Shown in pieces: positions 27,173 through 36,720 of a stretch of DNA of 64,000 nt. The notes under the pieces are model-generated. The model worked only from the letters and a program-made list of their open reading frames with translations. It made no database searches and was not told the origin of the DNA. The DNA is taken from the NCBI GenBank assembly GCA_017506895.1, contig JAFWBV010000005.1, positions 67,983-131,982 of the forward strand. The letters run 5' to 3'. A program made the position numbers and the translations under genes. Every line of letters starts with the position of its first letter. The stretch's first letter is position 1. This DNA is from Candidatus Saccharimonadota bacterium. Its GTDB lineage: Bacteria; Patescibacteriota; Saccharimonadia; Saccharimonadales; Saccharimonadaceae.

Positions 27173-29272
27173 ATGGCTACTGGAATTAAGAGCTTGGCCG
27201 ATTTGCGTAATATTGGTATTATTGCTCACATCGATGCCGGCAAAACTACAACTTCGGAAGCGATTTTGTATCGTACCGGGCTTAAACATAAAATTGATTT
27301 AGTTAAAGGTGGCACTGGGGGAGCTGAAACTGACTGGATGGAGCAGGAAAAGGAACGCGGTATCACGATTACTTCTGCTGCCGTAACGGTTTATTGGAAA
27401 AATCATCAAATTAATATTATTGATACTCCGGGGCACATTGACTTTACCGCAGAAGTAGAGCGTTCACTACGCGTGCTCGATGGTGCCGTAGTGGTGTTTG
27501 ATGGAAAAATGGGCGTCGAGGCTCAATCTGAGACGGTTTGGCGCCAAGCAACTAAATATGGTATCCCGCGTATTTGTTTCGTAAATAAGATCAATCAAAT
27601 TGGTGGTGATTTTTATAAATCGCTTGACTCAATTCACAAGCGTTTGTCTAAAAATGCTGTAGCAATTCATTTGCCAATTGGTTTTGAAAAAGATATCTGT
27701 GGCGTAGTTGATCTTGTCGATATGAAAGCCTACACCTACAAAGATTATGCAGATCACGAATTGACCGTAGGTGAAATCCCTGCTGATATGCTTGAAAAAG
27801 CTAAAAATGCCCGCTCTATGCTAGTGGAAGAGGCTGTTCAGGCCGATGAAGCTTTGATGGATAAATACTTCAGTGAGGGCGAAGATTCGATTACGATAGA
27901 TGAATTAAAGGCCGCTTTGCGCAAACGTGTGCTTGATGGTGATTTCTTCTTGGTAACTGGTGGTGATGGACGTGGTGTGATTGTCGAAAAGGTACTTGAC
28001 CTTATGACCGACTATTTGCCTTCACCGCTAGATCGTGACCAAGGCCAAACCGTTGGAACCGACCCAAAAACTGGTGACCAAATTGTCCGTAAGGCAGATG
28101 ATTCGGAACCTTTAACCGCGCTTGCATTCAAGATTGCTACTGATCCGTTTGTAGGTAAGTTAATCTTTATCCGTGTTTATGCTGGTGTTTTGAAATCTGG
28201 TGATACGGTTCTTAATGCATCAACTGGTGACAAAGAAAGAATCGGACGCTTGGTTAGAATGTATGCAAACGAAAGAAATGATATTACCGAAATTAAGGCT
28301 GGTGATATTGCTGCAATCGTTGGCATGAAAAACTGTACTACTGGTACAACCATTTGTAGTCCAGCACATCCAATCCTACTCGAGTCGATTGAATTCCCAG
28401 ATCCACCAGTATCGATTGCTGTAGAGCCAAAGACAAAGGCTGACCAGGAAAAAATGGGGCTTGGGCTTTCGAAACTTGCTGAAGAAGACCCAACTTTCCG
28501 CGTCCATACCGACGAAGAAACTGGTCAAACGATTATTTCGGGTATGGGCGAGTTACACCTAGAAATTATTATCGATCGTTTGAAGAGAGAGCATGGCGTC
28601 GAGGCTAATACTGGCGCACCACAAGTAGCTTACCGAGAAACCATTCGTGGAACTGCCGAGGCTCAAGGTAAACACATTAAACAGTCTGGTGGTCGTGGTC
28701 AGTATGGTGACGTTTGGATTAAGTTTGAGCCAAATGAGCCAGGGAAGGGCTTTGAATTTATCGATCAAATTAAAGGTGGTGTGGTTCCTCAGGAATATCG
28801 CAAGCCGGTACAAAAAGGCGTCGAAGACACTTTGGCTGGTGGCGTAATTGCAGGCTACCCAGTAGTAGACGTTAAAGCTACTCTTTATGATGGTTCTTAC
28901 CATGATGTAGACTCATCCGAGCTCGCCTTTACACTTGCAGGTGCTTTGGCAACTCGTGAAGGTATCAAGAAAGCTAATCCGGTGTTACTCGAACCTGTCA
29001 TGAAGATGGAAATAACTACTCCTGAAGATTTCATGGGCGACGTAATCGGCGATATCAACTCAAGACGTGGTCGTATCGACGAAATGGAAGATTTGAATGG
29101 TGGTGCTAAACTTATCAAAGCGTTTTGTCCTCTCGCCAATCTCTTTGGTTATACGAGCGATTTACGTGGTATGACCCAAGGTCGCGCTGCTTCTTCTATG
29201 GAACTTTATGCTTACGAAGAAGTACCACCTAACGTGGCTGCAGAAATTATTGAGAAGAGAAATTCGAAATAA
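27173..29272 (+). CDS. fusA: Elongation factor G with atypical G4/G5 motifs
   Basis: [43 protein letters not shown]; full five-domain length. Confidence 0.97.
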   Translation: MATGIKSLADLRNIGIIAHIDAGKTTTSEAILYRTGLKHKIDLVKGGTGGAETDWMEQEKERGITITSAAVTVYWKNHQINIIDTPGHIDFTAEVERSLRVLDGAVVVFDGKMGVEAQSETVWRQATKYGIPRICFVNKINQIGGDFYKSLDSIHKRLSKNAVAIHLPIGFEKDICGVVDLVDMKAYTYKDYADHELTVGEIPADMLEKAKNARSMLVEEAVQADEALMDKYFSEGEDSITIDELKAALRKRVLDGDFFLVTGGDGRGVIVEKVLDLMTDYLPSPLDRDQGQTVGTDPKTGDQIVRKADDSEPLTALAFKIATDPFVGKLIFIRVYAGVLKSGDTVLNASTGDKERIGRLVRMYANERNDITEIKAGDIAAIVGMKNCTTGTTICSPAHPILLESIEFPDPPVSIAVEPKTKADQEKMGLGLSKLAEEDPTFRVHTDEETGQTIISGMGELHLEIIIDRLKREHGVEANTGAPQVAYRETIRGTAEAQGKHIKQSGGRGQYGDVWIKFEPNEPGKGFEFIDQIKGGVVPQEYRKPVQKGVEDTLAGGVIAGYPVVDVKATLYDGSYHDVDSSELAFTLAGALATREGIKKANPVLLEPVMKMEITTPEDFMGDVIGDINSRRGRIDEMEDLNGGAKLIKAFCPLANLFGYTSDLRGMTQGRAASSMELYAYEEVPPNVAAEIIEKRNSK

Positions 29273-29282
29273 TTGATAAAAA

Positions 29283-29316
29283 AATAACCGGGCCGATAGC
29301 AGCTCGGTTATTTTTT
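29283..29316 (+). terminator. Intrinsic terminator (likely bidirectional)
   Basis: AATAACCG...CGGTTATTTTTT. Confidence 0.8.
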
Positions 29317-29326
29317 GTTCATACTT

Positions 29327-31624
29327 TTAACGAAGAATGCTTCGTTTTCTCGTGATTCTAATTCCAACAAATCCTAGCACTACGACAGCTGATACTATGG
29401 CTGGGATAATAATTGGATTATCCTGCTCGCCGCCTTGAGCTCTGCCGGTGATAAAACCGGTGTCTGGTGTCTCTGGGGTGAAGATTGACACGGTTTGATC
29501 TTCGTTATCAACGTCGTCGTGTGTCAAGATATACTCGTCATTGTATAGTACCGCCGCCATCATGACAATATCGTGTCCAGAAAGATTGGTTGCGTCAAAT
29601 TTGTATTCAACATCAATCTCGCCGCAATTTTCTTCAGGTTCTATCTCAGTAGTTACCAGGAGTGGCTCGCCATCATATCCTCTAACAACGAAGTCTTCTG
29701 TTACCTTGTCATATAGTGTACTGACGATGGTATACTTGTAGCCGGCACGGAGACAGTATTTAATATTATCCGTAACGGTTGCATCTTTATTGGCGATAAC
29801 ATTTTTGTCGCCATCAGCTTTATCCGTAGCATAAGTTTCAAAGCTGACTATGTTAACGAATTGATTATCGTCATCGATATCTGCATGTTCTACTAGCAAC
29901 ACGTCACCGTCGTAGAGGCTCTCAAACACTACGATTTCTTTACCAGCTAAATCAGTAGCGTCGAATTCGAAAATCATTTCGACCTGTCCACATTCGGTTT
30001 CTGAATTAATGGTCATAGTTTTTTCTACGGTTTCACCATCGATTTCTAGTGGTTCACCTGTTTCTTTATCCATTAAGATGCCCTTCAAGGTGAAGTCTTT
30101 GTCCCTTTGTACGCAGTAATCTATTGTATCTTTGATTTTGGCTTCTTTTAAGTTTTCGACAAATTTGTCATCGTCCACGTCGTCGGTTGCCGTAGTGTCA
30201 AGGCTAAATTCGGCACAATCATTGGTCCAATCACCTAGATTTACTACCTGCTGGTCTTCTTTGATCTCGAAGGTCTTTTTGTGGGAAGGGACATCGTAAC
30301 AATATTGGTTGGCTTCGCAGGCTAATTCAACAATGTCATAGGTGTCGTAAGGTAAAGCACCGAGATTATCGTTAACTGTAGTCATACTGCCATTATATTT
30401 ACCAAACCAGGTACCAAAACCTTGATAAGTAATCGCCTCGACTTCCATTGGGTCATACTCATTAGTATGGTTGCTGTGTCGAATGAAGCTATTTTGAGTG
30501 TTTACTACACCATTATTGTTTGTGACGACAAGGTGGTTTTCGCCAGTTTTCTTAGATGTAATTCTAAAGACGATATTTGCCATAGGTTCGCCGGAGTCTT
30601 CCTCTCTCTTTGTAAATTTCACGTCACCACGTTTGATTTGATCACAAAACTTAACTGTAGCTGGGACAGTGCTGTTGGGTGGAATTGTGACGGTCTTTTC
30701 GGTTTCATTAATTAAATATCCATTTCCAACTGTAGTTTGCTTAACTATGTAAGTTCCAACTGGAAGCTTATCGAAGACAAGTTCACAACTTTCATTCATT
30801 GGCCCACTAGTGACTTTGGCGCCTGGAGCAATATGATTGCCTCCGTAAACAACATCAGTGGTGTCTGCATTATAAACTGTAAACGTAGTATTTGCAAAGT
30901 CACCGTTGCCAAGCGTAGTACAACCATCTATTTCGGTATCACAACCTGTTATTTTAATTTGGCCAATTGGATTATATTCTAGCCAGATAACGTTTTGAAC
31001 ATCGTCTGGTACTGAAGCAGGATTTAACATATATAATTGATAATCTTGAGCTCTTTGCCACACAATATTATTACTGGCAATAAACTCTTGCGCAACATTT
31101 CTAATATTCTGTACACGCTGAATATTGTTCTCGTATAAACCATGGAGATCGTTTGCGTAAATATAACCAAGCGTGGCATGTATCAGGGCATATCTCGTGT
31201 TATCATCAGCAATATCGGAGAAGAAACTATTCATGACTGCTTGCGTTTCGGCAGTGTTTGCTATATAAAAGTAGGCTACGAGTTTAAGTTGATTATACAT
31301 ATCAGTGGTTTGCGTTATTTTATCTGCTATATAATTAGTGCCCTCTACGTCTCCTGGGCGCTCTTTAAATGGATTGGCGCAAAAGGCCTGATAGGTTTTT
31401 CCATCAGATTCGACTTTATAATCACGTGTACCATGATTATCGTATTGAATTATTTCATCATCATCCGTCTTCACTTTAACTGTGGCTCCATCATCGGTGG
31501 CAGCATTTACACTAAATTTGATTGATTTCTGGATGAAGAAAACTGACGCTGACAAAATTGCTAAAAAGCAAACGCCAAAAAAGAGTCTCTTCATGATAAC
31601 TTTTTTGTTTATTAACGCAAACAT
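29327..31624 (-). CDS. Surface adhesin: thioester-like domain, SpaA/Cna-B-like domains, two VaFE-like repeats, TPDTG anchor
   Basis: Signal peptide; FCANP...VQNVIW; GTYIVKQTTVGNGYLIN; LAGKEIVVFESLY...EHADIDD; TPDTG + TM + basic tail. Confidence 0.75.
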   Translation of the reverse strand: MFALINKKVIMKRLFFGVCFLAILSASVFFIQKSIKFSVNAATDDGATVKVKTDDDEIIQYDNHGTRDYKVESDGKTYQAFCANPFKERPGDVEGTNYIADKITQTTDMYNQLKLVAYFYIANTAETQAVMNSFFSDIADDNTRYALIHATLGYIYANDLHGLYENNIQRVQNIRNVAQEFIASNNIVWQRAQDYQLYMLNPASVPDDVQNVIWLEYNPIGQIKITGCDTEIDGCTTLGNGDFANTTFTVYNADTTDVVYGGNHIAPGAKVTSGPMNESCELVFDKLPVGTYIVKQTTVGNGYLINETEKTVTIPPNSTVPATVKFCDQIKRGDVKFTKREEDSGEPMANIVFRITSKKTGENHLVVTNNNGVVNTQNSFIRHSNHTNEYDPMEVEAITYQGFGTWFGKYNGSMTTVNDNLGALPYDTYDIVELACEANQYCYDVPSHKKTFEIKEDQQVVNLGDWTNDCAEFSLDTTATDDVDDDKFVENLKEAKIKDTIDYCVQRDKDFTLKGILMDKETGEPLEIDGETVEKTMTINSETECGQVEMIFEFDATDLAGKEIVVFESLYDGDVLLVEHADIDDDNQFVNIVSFETYATDKADGDKNVIANKDATVTDNIKYCLRAGYKYTIVSTLYDKVTEDFVVRGYDGEPLLVTTEIEPEENCGEIDVEYKFDATNLSGHDIVMMAAVLYNDEYILTHDDVDNEDQTVSIFTPETPDTGFITGRAQGGEQDNPIIIPAIVSAVVVLGFVGIRITRKRSILR

Positions 31625-31817
31625 GGTTTATCCTTTTTTATTTTATTTTTTGTATGAACCTTTTATGCTTAAGATAATATACCATTTAAAAAAATTTGTC
31701 AAGGATTTTTTTAAAATCTCTTTACAAGTCGGGCAAAATAGTCTAAAATAGTAGGGTAGAGATTTGGAGCTGGTTTTTATTAGCGCTCCAAACGTAATAA
31801 ATATAAAAGGAGATTGA

Positions 31818-33002
31818 ATGGCAAATTTTGACCGTTCCAAGCCGCACATTAACGTCGGCACCATGGGTCACGTCGACCATGGTAAAACCACTTTAACAGC
31901 TGCGATTACGAGCGTTCTTGCGAAGAGACTTCCATCGGACGTAAATAAACCAGTTGCTTATGATCAAATCGATAATGCACCTGAAGAAAAGGCTCGCGGT
32001 ATTACTATCGCAACTTCTCACCAGGAGTATGAATCAGAAAAGCGTCACTATGCACACGTAGATATGCCAGGCCACGCTGATTACATTAAAAATATGATTA
32101 CCGGTGCTGCACAGGTAGATGGTGCAATTCTAGTTGTTGCTGCCAATGATGGCCCACTGCCACAGACTCGTGAGCACGTACTTCTTGCTCACCAGGTGAA
32201 CGTACCAAAGATTATCGTCTTCCTAAACAAGATGGATCTTGCTGATCCTGAACTCGTTGAGCTCGTTGAAATGGACGTACGTGAGCTATTGAACAAATAT
32301 GGTTTCGATGGCGACAACGCTCCTATCATCAAGGGTTCTGCTACTAAGGCGCTCGAAGGTGACAAGGAAGCCGAAGACGCTATCATGGAACTCGTCCACG
32401 CTATGGATGAATACTTTGATATTCCTGAGCACGATCTTGACAAACCATTCCTAATGCCGATCGAAGACGTCTTCTCAATCAAAGGTCGTGGTACTGTTGC
32501 CACCGGTCGTATTGAGCAAGGTGTTGTCAAATTGAATGACGAAGTTGAAATCGTAGGTCTTCGTGACACTCAAAAGTCAGTTGTGACTGGTATCGAAGCC
32601 TTCCACAAGACTTTGGATCAAGGCCAAGCTGGCGATAACGCTGGTCTTCTACTTCGTGGTATTGAGCGTGATCAAATTGAACGTGGCCAAGTTATTGCAA
32701 AGCCAGGCTCAATCACTCCACATACTGAATTTGAAGCACAGGTTTACATCTTGAAGAAAGAAGAAGGTGGCCGCCATACCCCATTCTCAAAGGGTTACAA
32801 ACCACAGTTCTACTTCCGTACCACGGATGTAACCGGTGAAGTTGAGCTTCCTGCCGACAAGGAAATCGTCATGCCAGGTGATCAGGTAACCTTCAACGTA
32901 AAGTTGCTCGCTCCTGTCGCTATGAACGAACAAGACCGTTTCGCTATCCGTGAAGGTGGCAAGACTGTCGGTTCTGGTGTGATTACCAAGGTCATCAAAT
33001 AA
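31818..33002 (+). CDS. tuf: Elongation factor Tu
   Basis: [26 protein letters not shown]. Confidence 0.99.
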   Translation: MANFDRSKPHINVGTMGHVDHGKTTLTAAITSVLAKRLPSDVNKPVAYDQIDNAPEEKARGITIATSHQEYESEKRHYAHVDMPGHADYIKNMITGAAQVDGAILVVAANDGPLPQTREHVLLAHQVNVPKIIVFLNKMDLADPELVELVEMDVRELLNKYGFDGDNAPIIKGSATKALEGDKEAEDAIMELVHAMDEYFDIPEHDLDKPFLMPIEDVFSIKGRGTVATGRIEQGVVKLNDEVEIVGLRDTQKSVVTGIEAFHKTLDQGQAGDNAGLLLRGIERDQIERGQVIAKPGSITPHTEFEAQVYILKKEEGGRHTPFSKGYKPQFYFRTTDVTGEVELPADKEIVMPGDQVTFNVKLLAPVAMNEQDRFAIREGGKTVGSGVITKVIK

Positions 33003-33023
33003 TAAAAGTAATTGATACTTTTA

Positions 33024-33052
33024 AAAAATCTCCCTTTAATAGGGAGATTTTT
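33024..33052 (+). terminator. Intrinsic terminator after tuf
   Basis: AAAAATCTCCCT...AGGGAGATTTTT. Confidence 0.85.
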
Positions 33053-33230
33053 GATGGGGAAACAGTTATTATAATATAAGTAATTGACTTTTATACTATT
33101 TATGTTATAGTATATATAACTATTCATTATTAGAATACGCGAACCTTAAAAAAGAAAGGACGAGTTTTTTCCTAGGGGTCGTGTTTTTAAACATTCATAC
33201 AATTTAGGAATTCAGAATGGAGATGATTAA

Positions 33231-33977
33231 ATGGAGAAGATACTGTATTGTAGACCAGCGAGTGAATTTACGATTAGAGAACTCGAAGCCAGGATTGGCC
33301 CACTTCAAGGAAAGTATGAAAAACCTTTTTTTGACGTGATAAGAAGAAAAATCAAAAAAGATCCTGCTTTTTATATGACGAACGAAATCAGATATCATTC
33401 CATATTTAGCAGAGAAAATGAATTCGAAACCGGAAAATGGCTGCCATATTCGGAATATTTCGAAGAGTTGGAAATGGACTTTTTTTCATTTGATGGCATT
33501 AGCGATCAGGACATGATTAGTCTTATCAATGATAAAAACCGTGTTAAAAAGCATCCCCAAAAGGCTCAAACCGTGCTAAAAGAACTGGATGATTTCGGAA
33601 GGAGATTTACGACTGCGATAATTGATTTAGGCTATATTAGACAGGACCTGATATCAATAGGCTATAATTTCGACAAAAGGTTGAGTTTCTTATCTGATAG
33701 TGATTTTTTTGAAAGCATGGTGTGGGTTGATCGGTATGAAACCTACGAATATGACTGTGATGCCAGACTGAAAGAAGCGTTGGATTTTCTTGAATACAAA
33801 TTGTCACCTGTGCAGTTTAGCCTCCTTCGGTATCATATTCTTAGCGGAGCACTGGAGAAAGAACTTAGCGAGTCCAATCATGCTCCTTATTCTGATGTTG
33901 AATGGGAGTTTTTGTGTACTGCCCAAGAAAATATAGAGCAGTACCGAGAAGAGTTACGGAAAATTATTTTTTCCTGA
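33231..33977 (+). CDS. Hypothetical protein
   Basis: 248-aa ORF with own promoter region and terminator; no recognisable motif. Confidence 0.6.
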   Translation: MEKILYCRPASEFTIRELEARIGPLQGKYEKPFFDVIRRKIKKDPAFYMTNEIRYHSIFSRENEFETGKWLPYSEYFEELEMDFFSFDGISDQDMISLINDKNRVKKHPQKAQTVLKELDDFGRRFTTAIIDLGYIRQDLISIGYNFDKRLSFLSDSDFFESMVWVDRYETYEYDCDARLKEALDFLEYKLSPVQFSLLRYHILSGALEKELSESNHAPYSDVEWEFLCTAQENIEQYREELRKIIFS

Positions 33978-33981
33978 CTTT

Positions 33982-34009
33982 AAACCCGTGCCTAAAGGCA
34001 CGGGTTTTT
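33982..34009. terminator. Bidirectional terminator
   Basis: AAACCCGTGCC-TAAA-GGCACGGGTTT between convergent genes. Confidence 0.85.
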
Positions 34010-34029
34010 CTTCGTCTCGAATCTAGATA

Positions 34030-34896
34030 CTAGCGGATTTCGGCGAGATTGAGCTTCTCGCCGACGGGTTTTTCAAGTTCATTTGGGTTTTCGAGATAAT
34101 ATTGGAGTAAATCGGCAGATTTAGCAAAATAGTAGCCATCAGCAATGCGTTCGTCGAAATTCATCCCCCATTCGCACATTTTGCGAATCTCTTTCTTACC
34201 ATCAATAATAACTTCTTCATCTTTGATTTCACCCATAGTGAGGAGTGAAGAAGAATTGCCGAAGTCGGTAATATTATGATGGATAGCACCACAGCCAATA
34301 GAGCCGAGATTCGAGACAATCATGGTACTATAGTAGAGATTGTCTTCAGCGAGCGATGCAGGAAGAATGCCTTTTTTATCGGTCCATTTAAGCACACCAA
34401 CCAGTGGAACGCGAATGAAATTTGGCAATTTGCCAAAGAAATCAATTGCGGAATTTGCGCCTTTTTTGTCAACCTGACCAGTTTTTTTCCTACGAAAGCC
34501 GTCAACCTTTTGACGGATTTTATCACCAATGGTAAAGATAGTGTCATTTTTTTCAATTGGAATCATTACCATCATTTCTTCAGAACGGTCATCAAAGCTC
34601 ACTTTGGCTACAAAGGACAGGACGACTTTATCGTGCTCATAGATATGACGATTAGCAATAAAATAGTTTAATTTAGGACGATTATACACCGTCTTGGCAA
34701 TAGCAGTAAGAAAAGCATGAAAATAGGTTACTTTGTCATCTTCTTTTTTCTTTTTCTCGATATACTTTGATAACTCAGTTAAGTCCATTTTTTGATTAAT
34801 AAAAACATCACTGACGCTCCGATTGGGTTTTAGGTCAATACTAATTTGGCTAAGACCAGAAACGCCTTTGACACGGTGGGCTCCTCCGTATTTCAT
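34030..34896 (-). CDS. Stand-alone 2-oxoacid dehydrogenase E2-type acyltransferase catalytic domain
   Basis: RPKLN, SNLGSIG, and DERIADG at the DHRxxDG position; no lipoyl domain. Confidence 0.75.
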   Translation of the reverse strand: MKYGGAHRVKGVSGLSQISIDLKPNRSVSDVFINQKMDLTELSKYIEKKKKEDDKVTYFHAFLTAIAKTVYNRPKLNYFIANRHIYEHDKVVLSFVAKVSFDDRSEEMMVMIPIEKNDTIFTIGDKIRQKVDGFRRKKTGQVDKKGANSAIDFFGKLPNFIRVPLVGVLKWTDKKGILPASLAEDNLYYSTMIVSNLGSIGCGAIHHNITDFGNSSSLLTMGEIKDEEVIIDGKKEIRKMCEWGMNFDERIADGYYFAKSADLLQYYLENPNELEKPVGEKLNLAEIR

Positions 34897-35044
34897 TCTC
34901 CTCCTTTTTTATAATTATAACATAGTTAAATAGAGCTGTTTTTGCTTTTATAACAAAAGTGTGTTATAATGTGGTCACATTAATAATAATTATCAAGCCT
35001 GAAAAACTCATGTCTTGGAGGTTATCGGGTACGAAAGGAAAGAT

Positions 35045-35371
35045 ATGGTAGAAGCCAAAAAACAAGAAGGTCTAAAGATTCGAATTAGACTAAAAGCTTA
35101 CGATCACCGCGTGATTGACCAAAGCGCTAAGCAAATCGTAGACACTGCAATCAGGACTGGAGCCACCATTAGTGGTCCTATTCCTTTACCAACTAAGCGT
35201 TCAACTTATACTGTAGTGAAATCGCCACATGTTTATAAAACTGGCGGTGAAGCTTTCGAGATGAAAGTACACAAGCGTCTAATCGATATCTCGAATGCTA
35301 CGCCAAAAACAATTGAAAGTTTGCAAAATCTTTCTTTGCCTGCTGGTGTAGATGCCGAAATTAAAATGTAA
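35045..35371 (+). CDS. rpsJ: 30S ribosomal protein S10
   Basis: [33 protein letters not shown]. Confidence 0.98.
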   Translation: MVEAKKQEGLKIRIRLKAYDHRVIDQSAKQIVDTAIRTGATISGPIPLPTKRSTYTVVKSPHVYKTGGEAFEMKVHKRLIDISNATPKTIESLQNLSLPAGVDAEIKM

Positions 35372-35377
35372 AACATG

Positions 35378-35413
35378 AAAAATCCCTGGGCCAAATGGCT
35401 CAGGGATTTTTTT
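35378..35413. terminator. Terminator directly after rpsJ
   Basis: AAAAATCCCTGGG...CTCAGGGATTTTTTT. Confidence 0.85.
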
Positions 35414-36597
35414 TATTTGTTGTGGGCTAATTGTTGAGAAACAGCAGCTTCCAGCATGCCGTCTGCTCTCTTGTGAACATATACTGCGTAGTTTCTTACT
35501 CCTACGAAACCGACAATTAGGTCATCTGACACATTCGAACTCAGAACAATGTTGTTTCTGGCGCCGAATGAGAAGTCGTCGATTAGGAAATTTTCGTGTT
35601 TTTTATAGTCCTCTGCCAATTCTTTGATACGCTGGCTCTCGTCGAGCTTTGCGACCACGATAATCGGTCGCTCGTTGATTGTAGTGAAGATTACTGCATC
35701 ACCATCGGCACCCGCGACGCGAAGTTCCATGCCGTCACCAGCATAGAGTAAACTACGACGACATTCGATGCGCTCAAACTTACCCGGCCCCAAACTAGCA
35801 TTTTTGTGGTTTGGAGTCTTTTTGCTGATTGCGTAAAGAGACTTCAAAGTACCACAATCGTGCCATTCAAAACTACCTACGGCAATTTTGAGTTCACCAA
35901 GCTGATGCATCATTTCATCTGTCGCCATACCCTTGATATGGTTTCTGTAGATTGAAGTAAGCAGCGTGCTGGCTTTCCAGACGTTGATTCCGGTGTTACA
36001 GGCAGAGTTACCCTGACGCATAATACGGTCGGCTTCTTCACGTTTCGGTTTTTCAATAAAACCTGTGACTGTAAAACAGCTACTATCGTCTACTTCATAG
36101 AGAGCGTGGCCACAGCCGGTAGCTGTGACTAAGTCATTGACTTTAACCCCTACAATGACTGCGCTATCTTTTTCCGCTTCATTGATCGCATTTTCGATGG
36201 TTTGGCGAAAATCATCGCTCGTCGCATCAATAAACTGATCAGACGGGGTATTAATAATCACTGCATTTTTATCGTGCGATGAAACAAATTCTGCAGCCAT
36301 GTACATAGCGGCAGAATACCCCAGGGTCGGATCAATCTGATAGATGTTTTGCGATAATACTCCGCGCGGTAATGCCTGTTCCTTTGCCAGTTCGGTCTGA
36401 TTATCATTAGTAGTAATAATCACGAACTGACTAGGCTTAAAACCTAATCCGGTGAAGTTTTTGATCACAGCCTGAATGAATGTATTATTTGCATCAAGCT
36501 GACAAAACTGTTTCGGCCTATTAGCGTGACTAATAGGGAATAAACGTGTTCCTTGTCCGCCGGCGATTATCGCCACCCAGATATGTTTGTTGTCCAT
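35413..36597 (-). CDS. Mannose-1-phosphate guanylyltransferase-like nucleotidyltransferase
   Basis: IIAGGQGTRLFPIS..RPKQF, PSDQ, FIEKP, NTGINVW, WHDCGT; SD GGAGGTGG before ATG at 36597. Confidence 0.85.
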   Translation of the reverse strand: MDNKHIWVAIIAGGQGTRLFPISHANRPKQFCQLDANNTFIQAVIKNFTGLGFKPSQFVIITTNDNQTELAKEQALPRGVLSQNIYQIDPTLGYSAAMYMAAEFVSSHDKNAVIINTPSDQFIDATSDDFRQTIENAINEAEKDSAVIVGVKVNDLVTATGCGHALYEVDDSSCFTVTGFIEKPKREEADRIMRQGNSACNTGINVWKASTLLTSIYRNHIKGMATDEMMHQLGELKIAVGSFEWHDCGTLKSLYAISKKTPNHKNASLGPGKFERIECRRSLLYAGDGMELRVAGADGDAVIFTTINERPIIVVAKLDESQRIKELAEDYKKHENFLIDDFSFGARNNIVLSSNVSDDLIVGFVGVRNYAVYVHKRADGMLEAAVSQQLAHNK

Positions 36598-36720
36598 TTT
36601 AACCACCTCCTAATTAGACAACTCGCCCTTTTTAAGGTACATAAAATAGCTCAAATACAGAGCCATATTTATATTATAGCATATTATTTTATTTTATGCA
36701 AGGTGTGATATAATAATGAC

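Noticed and set aside
34991-35047. rpsJ leader as a second SAM-like riboswitch (shares TATCAAG and GAAAGGAAAGATATG with the metK leader)
   Set aside because: None of the SAM core (GCCAACC, GGTG..AA.TCC) is present; the shared part is mostly SD and start context.
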